A stretch of DNA of 64,000 nt from a virus. Location of the stretch: UHGV virus genome UHGV-0041314; one strand, given 5' to 3'. Below, piece by piece: positions 45,597-54,781 of this stretch (its first letter is position 1; every line of letters begins with the position of its first letter). The notes beneath the pieces were generated by a model. It was not told where the DNA came from. It worked only from the letters and a program-made list of their open reading frames with translations, and ran no database searches. The translations under genes were made by a program, and so were the position numbers.

Positions 45597-45754
45597 CCTA
45601 ATAAGATTTACACCGTCCATGCTTGCTCGCATTTTCGGTTTATCCCTCGTGTATTGGTTGTACACACTGATAAAGCACCTAGTAGGTGTCACGGAGAAGA
45701 GATAATATCAAGCTCTCCAAAGGTTCTAGTCACCGGATTAAACAAGACTATGCA

Positions 45755-45776
45755 AAGACCTAAATAGGTCTTTTTA
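45755..45776 (+). terminator. rho-independent terminator inside tRNA cluster
   Basis: AAGACC-TAAATA-GGTCTT then TTTT. Confidence 0.5.
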
Positions 45777-45854
45777 GAGGGCTTCTAAGGTTATTACAGC
45801 TTGTTGTGGAACCTTGTTGCTTAGGTTCTTAGAAGTTCTCTAAAAAGATTTAAT

Positions 45855-45932
45855 GGGAGATTGACGGTAATTGGTAAACCTACCATCCTTAGAAGTTGGT
45901 GTTTGAGGGTTCGAATCCCTTGTCTCCTACCA
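45855..45932 (+). tRNA. tRNA-Leu-like (anticodon UAG), short variable loop
   Basis: acceptor GGGAGAT/GTCTCCT, anticodon loop CTTAGAA, T-arm GAGGG-TTCGAAT-CCCTT, CCA; D region irregular. Confidence 0.45.
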
Positions 45933-45939
45933 AATTAAT

Positions 45940-46015
45940 GCAGGTGTAGCAAAATGGTTATGCGGCTGACTCTTAATCAGTAAGACGATGGGTTCAATTC
46001 CCTCCACCTGTACCA
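45940..46015 (+). tRNA. tRNA-Lys (anticodon CUU)
   Basis: acceptor GCAGGTG/CACCTGT, anticodon arm GCTGA-CTCTTAA-TCAGT, CCA. Confidence 0.55.
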
Positions 46016-46021
46016 AACATT

Positions 46022-46097
46022 GGGGTCATAGTTTATATGGTTAAAATTCGAGTTTTGCAAACTTGGGAACTGAGTTCAACTCTCAGTGACTCCACCA
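46022..46097 (+). tRNA. tRNA-Ala (anticodon UGC)
   Basis: acceptor GGGGTCA/TGACTCC, anticodon loop TTTGCAA, T-arm CTGAG-TTCAACT-CTCAG, CCA. Confidence 0.7.
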
Positions 46098-46103
46098 ATT
46101 AGT

Positions 46104-46178
46104 GCATCCATAGTTTAAACGGGAAAATTACAGTCTTCCAAACTGAGGTTGAGGGTTCGATTCCCTCTGGATGCTCCA
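46104..46178 (+). tRNA. tRNA-Gly (anticodon UCC)
   Basis: acceptor GCATCCA/TGGATGC perfect, anticodon loop CTTCCAA, T-arm GAGGG-TTCGATT-CCCTC, CCA. Confidence 0.75.
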
Positions 46179-46185
46179 AATTAAT

Positions 46186-46262
46186 GCTGCTTTCGTATAA
46201 TTGGCTATTACACATCCCTTGTAAGGATGGAAATGCAGGTTCGAGTCCTGTGAGCAGCACCA
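46186..46262 (+). tRNA. tRNA-Thr (anticodon UGU)
   Basis: anticodon arm CATCC-CTTGTAA-GGATG, T-arm GCAGG-TTCGAGT-CCTGT, CCA. Confidence 0.75.
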
Positions 46263-46263
46263 A

Positions 46264-46356
46264 TTCAGAGGTCAAGTGAAAGACCGCTTTGAGTCAACTG
46301 AAGACCGTAACAAATCCCACGGAGTTGAGTTAGCGGCACAACTTCAGACCTCTTTC
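46264..46356 (+). ncRNA. structured non-tRNA RNA between tRNA-Thr and tRNA-Val
   Basis: nested helices AGAGGTC/GACCTCT, CTGAAG/CTTCAG, TCAACT/AGTTGA; contains CTGAAGACCGTAACAA resembling the CAGAAGACC motif. Confidence 0.3.
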
Positions 46357-46358
46357 AT

Positions 46359-46433
46359 GCTCGCTTAGTTTATATGGTAAAACATCACCCTTACAAGATG
46401 AAGAAAAAGGTTCAAGTCCTTTAGTGAGTACCA
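46359..46433 (+). tRNA. tRNA-Val (anticodon UAC)
   Basis: acceptor GCTCGCT/AGTGAGT, anticodon loop CTTACAA, T-arm AAAGG-TTCAAGT-CCTTT, CCA. Confidence 0.65.
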
Positions 46434-46434
46434 T

Positions 46435-46512
46435 GTTCCAGTATCCCAATTGGCAGAGGATGCAAGCTCAAACCTTGTATTAGTGACGGTTCGAATCCGT
46501 CTTGGAACACCA
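46435..46512 (+). tRNA. tRNA-Leu-like (anticodon CAA), short variable loop
   Basis: anticodon arm GCAAG-CTCAAAC-CTTGT, T-arm GACGG-TTCGAAT-CCGTC, CCA; weak D-stem. Confidence 0.5.
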
Positions 46513-46626
46513 ATTTTAGGAGAACACTATGAGTAATAAATCAATTGCAAAAAAGTTTATAGCGTCATTCAAAAACAGGCGTAAAAACAACTCTTGTGAA
46601 AAACTGTATGGTGTTCTTGTAGGTAA

Positions 46627-46702
46627 GCAGGATTAGTTCAAATGGATAGAGCAACAGTCTACGAAGCTGTTAATAGGGGTTCGAATCCCTTATCCTGCAC
46701 CA
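46627..46702 (+). tRNA. tRNA-Arg (anticodon ACG)
   Basis: acceptor GCAGGAT/ATCCTGC perfect, D-arm GTTC/GAGC, anticodon arm ACAGT-CTACGAA-GCTGT, CCA. Confidence 0.75.
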
Positions 46703-46721
46703 ATTTAAAGAGGCTATTTAG

Positions 46722-47279
46722 ATGAGATATTTGAAGTATGCTTCATGGATTGTCTTAGCTTTGTTAGAGCCATTTGCAGCAATCTTAGCAGTTATCTTAG
46801 CACCTTTCGTAGTCCCATTCTACAGTGAGAAGAAAGGACACTTACCTTTCGGCTTCAGATGGATGGAGACATATGACAACCCAATTGATGGTGATAAAGG
46901 GCATGTCGAACGATGGGCTAAGATTAGAAAGATTGGCAAGCTTGGTGTCTATATGCAGAGAGTCGGTTGGCTCTGGAGAAACAAAGCTTATAACTTCTCT
47001 TACCATGTATTAGGAAGAGATGTAAAAGATGTTACTAAGTGGAAAGGTAATATCAACGTAAGTTCTAACCCTGAAGATAATCAGACAGGTTATCTCCTAA
47101 TGTGGAACAGTAATGCTTGGGGATTATTCGCTTTTATCCCATCAATTAAAGTCTTTGGTAAACAATTCTACTGGAGAATTTATGTTGGATGGAAGCTAAA
47201 AAGTGTTGTCCCAGAAGAAAGAGCATTCTCAAGGGAAAGAGTTATGTTGGCATTCTTTATTCATCCACTAAGAAAGTAA
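46722..47279 (+). CDS. hypothetical membrane protein embedded in tRNA cluster
   Basis: AAAGAGG RBS; N-terminal hydrophobic segment; between tRNA-Arg and tRNA-Gln. Confidence 0.45.
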   Translation: MRYLKYASWIVLALLEPFAAILAVILAPFVVPFYSEKKGHLPFGFRWMETYDNPIDGDKGHVERWAKIRKIGKLGVYMQRVGWLWRNKAYNFSYHVLGRDVKDVTKWKGNINVSSNPEDNQTGYLLMWNSNAWGLFAFIPSIKVFGKQFYWRIYVGWKLKSVVPEERAFSRERVMLAFFIHPLRK

Positions 47280-47287
47280 AGATTTAA

Positions 47288-47363
47288 AGGGGATTAGTTT
47301 ACAAGGTTAAAACCTCGGTCTTTGAAATCGAAGAAGTTGGTTCAATTCCAACATCCCCCGCCA
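47288..47363 (+). tRNA. tRNA-Gln (anticodon UUG)
   Basis: anticodon arm TCGGT-CTTTGAA-ATCGA, T-arm GTTGG-TTCAATT-CCAAC, CCA; A1-C72 mismatch. Confidence 0.65.
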
Positions 47364-47365
47364 AT

Positions 47366-47444
47366 GCTCCATTACTCCAATTGGTAGAGAGGCCAGACTT
47401 AAAATCTGTGTTATGTATCGGTTCGAATCCGATATGGAGTACCA
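47366..47444 (+). tRNA. tRNA-Leu-like (anticodon UAA), short variable loop
   Basis: anticodon loop CTTAAAA, T-arm ATCGG-TTCGAAT-CCGAT, CCA. Confidence 0.5.
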
Positions 47445-47449
47445 AATTT

Positions 47450-47525
47450 AGCGGTATAGCATAACTGGCAATGCAGCAGTCTCTGAAGCTGTCTTATTAA
47501 GGTTCAAATCCTTATGCCGCTGCCA
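47450..47525 (+). tRNA. tRNA-Gln (anticodon CUG)
   Basis: standard numbering fits: D-arm GCAT/ATGC, anticodon arm GCAGT-CTCTGAA-GCTGT, T-arm TAAGG-TTCAAAT-CCTTA, CCA. Confidence 0.7.
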
Positions 47526-47556
47526 CTTCTAAGGGTTCTTACGAGAGTCCTTAAAT

Positions 47557-47632
47557 GTGGCCTTATCATAAATGGTAATGACCCATGCTGTGAACATGGT
47601 CTATACGGGTTCAAATCCCGTAGGTCACCCCA
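47557..47632 (+). tRNA. tRNA-His (anticodon GUG)
   Basis: D-arm TCAT/ATGA, anticodon arm CCATG-CTGTGAA-CATGG, T-arm ACGGG-TTCAAAT-CCCGT, CCA. Confidence 0.75.
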
Positions 47633-47638
47633 ATTTAT

Positions 47639-47714
47639 AGTCCAAGTAGCTTATATGGTTAAAGCGCGTGTCTGAAAAACATGAGAAGAGGGTTCAAATC
47701 CCACTGGACTACCA
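47639..47714 (+). tRNA. tRNA-Phe (anticodon GAA)
   Basis: anticodon arm CGTGT-CTGAAAA-ACATG, D-arm GCTT/AAGC, CCA; acceptor/T-stem register ambiguous by 1 nt. Confidence 0.6.
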
Positions 47715-47730
47715 ATTCCAAAGGTGCTTA

Positions 47731-48465
47731 ATGAAAGAGATGACAGAACAAGGTAAGGAGATTTTTAATCTCTTAAAAACCGGTAGAGGGTTTTCTAATC
47801 CCCTTATTACTGGTGCAGCAGTTCTCGGTGGAACCGTAGCTGCCTCTACATCACTTGTAAGCTCTATTAGCTCTGTAACAGACCCTACAATAAAAGATAA
47901 ACTTGTTGCTGCTGGACTTACAACAGTTCTGCTTAACAGCTTTACAACGAGCCTGACAAGCACTACATCAACTACTAAGACACTGACAGATTACGGTCAA
48001 AAGTCCATTGATGAGTTTTCCTCACGTATGCAGGTAGCAAAAGGCTATTCTAATGTTATGGGTGCAGCAGGTGAACAAGTTGGCTGTACACCATTTAGTG
48101 GTATTATGGGTGTTGCTACAGAGTATGGTCAAAAAGCTATGGATACGATTAACAGTGCACTAGACGGTGTTAATGATGTATTAAGTGACTTACAGGATGC
48201 TATTGATAAAGGTCTTGATACTATTTCTGATTTAGCTAACCAAGCTGTTAGTAAGATTAATGAAGGTATCTCGAAGATTACAGCTTATGCAGATGAAGTT
48301 GTGCAGATGATTGAAGAAGAAGCTGCCCTTATTGCAGAGTACCTTAAAACGAATATCAATGGGTTCTTAGCAGGTATCTTACCAGACTGGTTCGACGATG
48401 CTTGTAAAACTGGTGTAATTGACACTATTGCAACACCAGAAATGAAGAACGCATTACAGAAATAA
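47731..48465 (+). CDS. hypothetical Ser/Thr-rich protein embedded in tRNA cluster
   Basis: track ORF 47668 starts at GTG inside tRNA-Phe; ATG 47731 with AAGGTG RBS lies after the tRNA. Confidence 0.4.
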   Translation: MKEMTEQGKEIFNLLKTGRGFSNPLITGAAVLGGTVAASTSLVSSISSVTDPTIKDKLVAAGLTTVLLNSFTTSLTSTTSTTKTLTDYGQKSIDEFSSRMQVAKGYSNVMGAAGEQVGCTPFSGIMGVATEYGQKAMDTINSALDGVNDVLSDLQDAIDKGLDTISDLANQAVSKINEGISKITAYADEVVQMIEEEAALIAEYLKTNINGFLAGILPDWFDDACKTGVIDTIATPEMKNALQK

Positions 48466-48467
48466 AT

Positions 48468-48560
48468 GGAAGATTAACCCTAAAAGGTAAGGGAGCAGTT
48501 TGCTAAACTGCCAGTAGCTGAGAAATCGGTGTACCAGTTCAAGTCTGGTATCTTCCTCCA
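48468..48560 (+). tRNA. tRNA-Ser (anticodon GCU), long variable arm
   Basis: 93 nt; acceptor GGAAGAT/ATCTTCC perfect, anticodon arm GCAGT-TTGCTAA-ACTGC, T-arm ACCAG-TTCAAGT-CTGGT, CCA. Confidence 0.7.
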
Positions 48561-48564
48561 ATTT

Positions 48565-48640
48565 GAATCCGTGACAGAAATGGCTATGTGCCTGTCTGCA
48601 AAACAGGTTTATAAGGGTTCGAGTCCCTTCGGATTCTCCA
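48565..48640 (+). tRNA. tRNA-Cys (anticodon GCA)
   Basis: standard numbering fits: acceptor GAATCCG/CGGATTC, anticodon arm CCTGT-CTGCAAA-ACAGG, T-arm AAGGG-TTCGAGT-CCCTT, CCA. Confidence 0.8.
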
Positions 48641-48675
48641 AGTTAATTTACTCTCTCTCAATTAAAATAATAATA

Positions 48676-48738
48676 ACGCCCTGCTATAAGTATTCTTCCT
48701 TTCGCTACCGAAGAGTATTTTTAGACAGGGCTTTTTTA
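48676..48738 (+). terminator. terminator-like long hairpin after tRNA-Cys
   Basis: GCCCTG ... CAGGGC then TTTTTT. Confidence 0.4.
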
Positions 48739-48802
48739 CAGAGTTATACTTTATAAGAAGCCTTATACAGTATGTCTCTGACGTACATTGTGGTTTCTCC
48801 TT

Positions 48803-48826
48803 GACGGTCTCTGTACCGTCTTTTTT
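48803..48826 (+). terminator. rho-independent terminator before structural module
   Basis: GACGGT-CTCTGT-ACCGTC then TTTTTT. Confidence 0.6.
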
Positions 48827-48862
48827 AAGGGGAAACATGGTTAACTATTTGGAGAAAACATA

Positions 48863-49063
48863 ATGAGCGAGACCGTTTATAAAGAACTTTACGAAGCTAA
48901 CAAGAAGCTAGAATTTATGCAGAATACTATCATGGCAATTGCAGACAGATTATCTGTAGCAACAGGTATTGATATTAAAGAAGCATCTATGGATGCACTT
49001 CTTGATGCTGTTGATGCAAAGTTCGAAGTTAAGAAAGAAGAGACTGCTACAGACTCTGAATAA
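48863..49063 (+). CDS. small hypothetical protein upstream of large terminase
   Basis: GGAGAAAACA RBS; first gene after two terminators. Confidence 0.4.
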   Translation: MSETVYKELYEANKKLEFMQNTIMAIADRLSVATGIDIKEASMDALLDAVDAKFEVKKEETATDSE

Positions 49064-49084
49064 TTCTATTTGCGGAGGTGCTTA

Positions 49085-50686
49085 ATGGACTTAAATGCTG
49101 TTAAGCAGAAGCGAGTGGAAGATGTTAGGAAAGTCCTAGCTGGAGAGTTGGGGCTTTCTGATGAAGTAAAAGAAATTATCAAATCATTCGGTAAAGACCC
49201 CTCTAAATTCCTTCCAACTCAAATTCTGACTTTATTAAGATACACCCCAGACCAAGTTAGACTTATCTTCAAATTAATGACTGATAAGAACTATGTAGCC
49301 CCTCAGCCGGGTTCTCAAGAGGTCTTTTTAAATACTAATGCTGACTTGGTTCTCTATGGTGGTGCTGCTGGTGCTGGTAAGACTGCTGCATTATTAATGG
49401 ACTCTTTAAGGTTTATTGATGACCCTAATTATAATGCTGTATATTTCCGTCGAAACACAACACAGTTACAAGGTGGTTTGTGGCCTGCTGCAAAGAAACT
49501 ATTTGGTAAGTTTGGTGGGGTTCCTCACGAGCAGAAGATGACTATCACATTCCCTTCTGGGGCAACTATCAAGTTTACCTACCTAGAACTTGAAAAGCAC
49601 GCTGAAGGTCATCAGGGTATTGAGTATTCAGCTATTTACTTTGACGAAGGTACTCACTTCTCTGCTTCACAGATTTCATACCTACAGACTCGTCTACGTT
49701 CTGGGGCTGAAGGTGATTCATACATGAAGATTTCTATGAACCCAGACAGAGACCACTTTATTTACGATTGGGTAGAACCATTCTTAGATGAAGAAGGTTA
49801 CCCAGACCCTGAAAAGTGTGGTCGTATTCGTTGGTATGTAATGAATGATGGTGTTATGGTTTCTGATTGGGAGAGAGACAAGATTCTTGAAATGTTTCCT
49901 CTTGAGATTCCTCAAACATATACATTCATCTCTGGTACGATTGATGATAACCCAATTCTTGACTTCCTAGAACCTAAATATCGTGGTAAGTTGGAAAACA
50001 ACACCCCTGTAAACGTTGCAAGACTTCGTTTCGGTAACTGGAAGGCTCGTGCAGAAGGTTCAAACTATTGGCAAAGACAATGGTGTGAAATTGTTGATTC
50101 ACTCCCAGAAGATGTATTCGATGTCAGAGCATGGGACTTAGCAGCAACTTTACCATCTGAGATTAACCCTAATCCAGACTGGACAGCAGGTGTTAAGATG
50201 GGTAAATCTAAAAAAGACGGTTGCTATTATATCATTGATGTAGTAAGATTTAGAGATAGACCCTCTGGAGTCGAAACACAAATTAATTTGACTGCTGAAA
50301 GTGACGGTAAGCGAACTGGTATTTTTATCCCTCAAGACCCAGGCGCTGCTGGTAAATCCTACGCAACATCCCTCATCAGGAAACTTGCCGAGAAAGGTTA
50401 TCGAGCAAGGGCTAAACCAACAAATAAAGATAAAGTTACCCGATTTGCGGGGTTTTCTGCTGCTTCTGAAGCTGGACTTGTAAAAGTCTTGAGAGGTAGT
50501 TGGAACGAAGCTTACTTCCAAGAACTTGAAGGTTTTTGTGGTGATGGTAAAACTAAAGATGACCAAGTGGATGCTACCAGTGATGCTTTCAACAGTCTTA
50601 ATGAAGTTAAATTATTCAAGCCACCATCAATGGGTGCTCACACAGACTTAGTGAGAGGAAACCCATATGAGGGGCTTAGACGTTGA
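49085..50686 (+). CDS. terminase large subunit
   Basis: track ORF from TTG 49070; ATG 49085 with GGAGG RBS; Walker A LYGGAAGAGKTAALL. Confidence 0.8.
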   Translation: MDLNAVKQKRVEDVRKVLAGELGLSDEVKEIIKSFGKDPSKFLPTQILTLLRYTPDQVRLIFKLMTDKNYVAPQPGSQEVFLNTNADLVLYGGAAGAGKTAALLMDSLRFIDDPNYNAVYFRRNTTQLQGGLWPAAKKLFGKFGGVPHEQKMTITFPSGATIKFTYLELEKHAEGHQGIEYSAIYFDEGTHFSASQISYLQTRLRSGAEGDSYMKISMNPDRDHFIYDWVEPFLDEEGYPDPEKCGRIRWYVMNDGVMVSDWERDKILEMFPLEIPQTYTFISGTIDDNPILDFLEPKYRGKLENNTPVNVARLRFGNWKARAEGSNYWQRQWCEIVDSLPEDVFDVRAWDLAATLPSEINPNPDWTAGVKMGKSKKDGCYYIIDVVRFRDRPSGVETQINLTAESDGKRTGIFIPQDPGAAGKSYATSLIRKLAEKGYRARAKPTNKDKVTRFAGFSAASEAGLVKVLRGSWNEAYFQELEGFCGDGKTKDDQVDATSDAFNSLNEVKLFKPPSMGAHTDLVRGNPYEGLRR

Positions 50687-50702
50687 TAGCTAGGTGAGAA
50701 GA

Positions 50703-52169
50703 ATGGCAGATATTACAGAAACACAAGAAAGCTTACCACCATTTAGAATGGGTGAAGTAGGTTCTTTGGGTCTGAAGGTTAAGAATGGAAGAATCTATGA
50801 AGAACCTCGTCAGGCACTAAGGTTCCCTGAAAGTATTAAAACTTTCCAATTAATGATGCGTGACCCTGCTGTAGCAGCATCTGTAAATATTATTAAGATG
50901 TTTGTCAGAAAAGTCAACTGGAGATTCGTACCTCCAAAGGGAAAAGAGCAAGACCCTAAAATGCTTGAAAGAGCAGACTTCTTTAATTCTTTAATGGATG
51001 ACATGGAGCATGATTGGGCAGATTTTATTAACTCTGTAATGTCATTCTGCACTTATGGGTTCTGTGTTAACGAAAAGGTTTATAAGAAACGTCAGGGTAA
51101 AAAAGGAAAGTACCAGTCGAAATTTGATGATGGTCTAATTGGGTGGGCTAAATTACCAATCAGAAACCAGTCAACACTTGATAAGTGGTATTTTGACGAA
51201 GATTTTAGAAAAGTTACTGGTGTTAGACAGAATCTGAGAAATGTTTCACATATTGCTGGAGCAATTAATCTTGGAGAAAGACCTCTAACAAGAAAACTTC
51301 CACGAGCTAAATTCATGCTATTTAAGTATGATGATGAGTATGGTAACCCAGAAGGTCGTTCACCATTACTTAACGCTTATGTACCGTGGAAATATAAAGT
51401 ACAGATTGAAGAGTATGAAGCTGTTGGTGTTTCAAGAGACTTAGTAGGTATGCCAAAGATTGGTTTACCACCAGACTATCTGGATGAAAATGCAGAACCT
51501 GAAAAGAAAGCTTTCGTGCAATACTGCAAAACTGTTGTTAATGACATGATTGCTAATGACAGAGCAGGTTTAATCTGGCCTAGATATATCGACCCAGATA
51601 CTAAAGAGGATATCTTCGAGTTCTCATTAGTTTCTAGACAGGGTGCTAAAGCATACGATACAGGTTCTATCATTGACAGATATTCCAAGCAAATTATGAT
51701 GGCATTTATGTCAGATGTTCTTGCTATGGGTCAGTCAAAATATGGTTCATTCTCTCTTGCAGATTCTAAGACAAGCCTATTAGCAATGTCAGTAGATATT
51801 CTGCTGAAGCAAATTAAGAACGTAATTAACCGTGATTTAGTTGCACAAACTTATGCTCTTAATATGTGGGATGATGAAGAACATGTACAAATCACATATG
51901 ATGATATCGAAACTCCAGACCTTGAAGCAATTGGTTCTTATATTCAGAAGACTGTTGCAGTAGGTGCTTTGGAAGTTGACAAAGAGCTATCTAACAAACT
52001 TAGAGAGCATATTGGTCTTCCTCCTGCTGATGAGTCTCAGCCAGTATCTGAAAAACTTTCTCCAAATAGCCAAAGCCGTTCAGGAGATGGTTATAAGACC
52101 GCTGGAGAAGGTACTGCAAAGACACCTTCAGCGAAAGACCCAAGCACAGCAAATAAGGCAAATAAATAA
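50703..52169 (+). CDS. portal protein
   Basis: track ORF from GTG 50694; ATG 50703; ~490 aa directly after terminase. Confidence 0.65.
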   Translation: MADITETQESLPPFRMGEVGSLGLKVKNGRIYEEPRQALRFPESIKTFQLMMRDPAVAASVNIIKMFVRKVNWRFVPPKGKEQDPKMLERADFFNSLMDDMEHDWADFINSVMSFCTYGFCVNEKVYKKRQGKKGKYQSKFDDGLIGWAKLPIRNQSTLDKWYFDEDFRKVTGVRQNLRNVSHIAGAINLGERPLTRKLPRAKFMLFKYDDEYGNPEGRSPLLNAYVPWKYKVQIEEYEAVGVSRDLVGMPKIGLPPDYLDENAEPEKKAFVQYCKTVVNDMIANDRAGLIWPRYIDPDTKEDIFEFSLVSRQGAKAYDTGSIIDRYSKQIMMAFMSDVLAMGQSKYGSFSLADSKTSLLAMSVDILLKQIKNVINRDLVAQTYALNMWDDEEHVQITYDDIETPDLEAIGSYIQKTVAVGALEVDKELSNKLREHIGLPPADESQPVSEKLSPNSQSRSGDGYKTAGEGTAKTPSAKDPSTANKANK

Positions 52170-52669
52170 TGGCTGAAGTTATCTCTATTTCAAATGCTAC
52201 ACGAGTGCATTCGTATAGGGGTGTCCTTATCATTACTGATAAGCTATCTGTAGAGGCTGGCTCAAGGGTCAGCCTTTCAGGTTATGTTAGTGATGGTGGA
52301 GTCTCTGACGTTTTCACTATTTGCAGGTTACTTGATGCACCAATGAGTGGTAAACCGTTTATTTCAGGAAATTGTAGTGAAATTGTTAAAATTCCATTTG
52401 ACAGTTCATGCCTTTTGGGTGTAAAGTTATATAACTGCGAGAATAAACGTATCAATGTTAATAGCATTGAAGCCGCTTTCATTACCCTCGATACTGCATT
52501 TCAATCCCCAATGACAGTTAACAAAGAAACAAACAGACTTGAATACATTTTTTCACAAAATGATTACAAAGTACTTGTCAAAGGTAAAGTATATGATATG
52601 ATTGTAAATGTGGTAGATGAATCTGGTAACCATTCAACAGTCCTTAAACAAAAAGTAAGGTTTAATTAA
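52169..52669 (+). CDS. hypothetical structural-module protein
   Basis: track ORF. Confidence 0.4.
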   Translation: MAEVISISNATRVHSYRGVLIITDKLSVEAGSRVSLSGYVSDGGVSDVFTICRLLDAPMSGKPFISGNCSEIVKIPFDSSCLLGVKLYNCENKRINVNSIEAAFITLDTAFQSPMTVNKETNRLEYIFSQNDYKVLVKGKVYDMIVNVVDESGNHSTVLKQKVRFN

Positions 52670-53001
52670 TGGGAACATTAACTATTGATGGTAAGAATAA
52701 AATCCTCGCCACGCTAACCCCAACGACTATTATTTTACACAATGTAGACCCAACGGCAGACCCTACAGCAAATAAGGTTACTCAGCCAGTGGCTATTTAT
52801 TTTTCTGAACCGGATAATGGCTTAATTGCCTCAGAAGACACAGTTAATATTACTGTTCCAGCTTCTGCAACGGTCTCACACTATAGCTTGTGGGATGCTA
52901 ACGATAAATGCGTGGCAACTGGTGCTCTTAGCAAACCTCAATTCTTTGCTGAAGAAGGTATCTATGTTATCTCTTCAGTCTCTGTAGATTTAAACAAATA
53001 G
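52669..53001 (+). CDS. hypothetical structural-module protein
   Basis: track ORF. Confidence 0.4.
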   Translation: MGTLTIDGKNKILATLTPTTIILHNVDPTADPTANKVTQPVAIYFSEPDNGLIASEDTVNITVPASATVSHYSLWDANDKCVATGALSKPQFFAEEGIYVISSVSVDLNK

Positions 53002-53012
53002 GGTGAGTAAAA

Positions 53013-54359
53013 ATGAGTTCGAATATCTTCAGACTTGCTGATAGATTATTCAACCAACCTTTACTAGCCACTGAATCATTAGCTCACTCAGCAGCAACTT
53101 ATGTGAATAACAGATTGCTGGGTGATGTCCAAGCAGCAGTAAACTTTGATAACCCAAAAGGTGATGCAAGAAGTCTTTTAAAAGTAAAAGATGATATTGC
53201 TATTATCCCTATTATGGGTGGCTTAACCCATCGTATGACATTCATTGATGCAATGTGCACAGGTGGTTTAAGTTCTTATGAAGGTTTACGCAGAGGCTTT
53301 GACGAAGCTTTAGCAGATGAGTCAATTAAGACTATTGTTCTGCACATTGATTCTGGTGGTGGTGAAGCTTCAGGTTGCTTTGAATTAGCACGTCACATTA
53401 TGGCTTCAAGAGGCCAAAAGAAAATTATTGCTTATGTAGATGAGTTCGCTTGTTCCGCTGCATATGCTCTTGCATCTTCTGCTGAAGAAATTATTGCATC
53501 ACCAGATGCAGATGTTGGTTCTATCGGTGTAATCATGGTTCATCAGGAATTAACTAAGGCATTTGAAAAGAATGGCGTAACAATTAACGTCATCAAAGCT
53601 GGTGAGTTTAAAGGTATGGGTTCACCATTCCAAGCACTTTCAGAAGAAAGCAAAGAAAGACTTCAAAAGAGAATTAATGATACCTACGCAACCTTCACAG
53701 GTTTTGTAGCTGAATCACGTAATATCTCTGAAGAAGCTGTAAAGAATACTGAGGCGAATGTTTATTCTGCTCAGGAAGCTCTTGAACTTGGTTTAATTAA
53801 CTCAATCATGTCTCAAGATGATTTCTTAAATTACTTACAAGGTTCTGAAGAGGCTCCTGTAAGTTTAAACGTTAACAATTCAGGTGAAGAAATGACTGAA
53901 CAAGAAAAGCAAGAACTAGAAGCTTTGCGTCTTCAGGTTGCTCAAATGAAAGCTAAAGAACAGGAAGCTGCTTTGTCAGATTTGACTAATAAGATTTCTG
54001 CTTCTGCTGAAGCTTTTGGATTTGATGCAAAAGAAGCTGCAACGACTATTTTAGGTGCTGGTCTTGATAACCCTCTGAGTGTTCTGTTTATGAATGCTAT
54101 GGAAGGTGCTAACCAGAAACTTAATGAAACTATCGCGTCCCATGCTTCTGCAATGGAAGAAAAAGAATCAGAAATTACCAAGCTGAAAGAAACTGCTGGT
54201 GCTGTTCTTGAACATTCCAACGCTATGGAAGAAGTGGGTAATGACGGCGAAGCTGATTTAGTTGAAGAAGAAAAAGAACCAGCTAAGAATGCTTCCGAAG
54301 ACACCGCTGAACAACGCAAACTGGCTCTCCAGAATGCTCTAAAATCTCTTATCAAATAA
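53013..54359 (+). CDS. prohead protease (S49/ClpP-like) with C-terminal scaffold-like coiled-coil region
   Basis: IPIMGGLTH...IVLHIDSGGGEASG...IGVIMVHQE resembles S49 peptidase motifs; C-terminal third Glu/Ala/Lys-rich. Confidence 0.65.
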   Translation: MSSNIFRLADRLFNQPLLATESLAHSAATYVNNRLLGDVQAAVNFDNPKGDARSLLKVKDDIAIIPIMGGLTHRMTFIDAMCTGGLSSYEGLRRGFDEALADESIKTIVLHIDSGGGEASGCFELARHIMASRGQKKIIAYVDEFACSAAYALASSAEEIIASPDADVGSIGVIMVHQELTKAFEKNGVTINVIKAGEFKGMGSPFQALSEESKERLQKRINDTYATFTGFVAESRNISEEAVKNTEANVYSAQEALELGLINSIMSQDDFLNYLQGSEEAPVSLNVNNSGEEMTEQEKQELEALRLQVAQMKAKEQEAALSDLTNKISASAEAFGFDAKEAATTILGAGLDNPLSVLFMNAMEGANQKLNETIASHASAMEEKESEITKLKETAGAVLEHSNAMEEVGNDGEADLVEEEKEPAKNASEDTAEQRKLALQNALKSLIK

Positions 54360-54370
54360 GGAACACAATA

Positions 54371-54748
54371 ATGGCATATCAAGGTTTTACTAAGTTAGGT
54401 AAAAGAGAACCTCTGAATGATATCATTCTTTGGGAACAGGTTACCCCAACAGGCCACTCTCGTAAAGAGTACACCCCACAGGCATCTACAGAATATCGTG
54501 TAGGTGAAGTTCTGAAAGCAGATGGTACTAAAGTTGCAGCAGGGGAAGAAGCTCAGGCTGATTCTGTATGTATCGTTAACTTTTATGCAGACCTGCAACT
54601 GTCTTACCACGGTCAGTTGAAAGTTGTTGGTATTTACCGTGACGCAGAACTGAAAGACATGCTGACTCTTGAGTCTGGTGTTAATGCCGAGAGCGTCAAG
54701 ACAGCTCTGGCTGCTAAAGGTATCGATTTCGTACCAACTGGCCTGTAA
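54371..54748 (+). CDS. head decoration-like protein
   Basis: 125 aa between protease and major capsid genes (lambda D-like position); AAGGA RBS. Confidence 0.4.
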   Translation: MAYQGFTKLGKREPLNDIILWEQVTPTGHSRKEYTPQASTEYRVGEVLKADGTKVAAGEEAQADSVCIVNFYADLQLSYHGQLKVVGIYRDAELKDMLTLESGVNAESVKTALAAKGIDFVPTGL

Positions 54749-54781
54749 TAACAATAATAAGACATTCTGGAGAATTTTACA

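Noticed and set aside
43509-45767. Track ORFs within the tRNA cluster (43509..43760 -, 44306..44563 -, 44699..45043 -, 45321..45524 +, 45570..45767 +)
   Set aside because: Each overlaps one or more tRNA genes or structured RNAs, lacks an RBS, and is composed largely of tRNA-derived sequence.
46529-46636. 35-aa ORF with strong AGGAGA RBS between tRNA-Leu and tRNA-Arg
   Set aside because: Its stop codon lies inside the acceptor stem of tRNA-Arg(ACG) and the peptide is low complexity; more likely a spacer that happens to carry an SD-like sequence.
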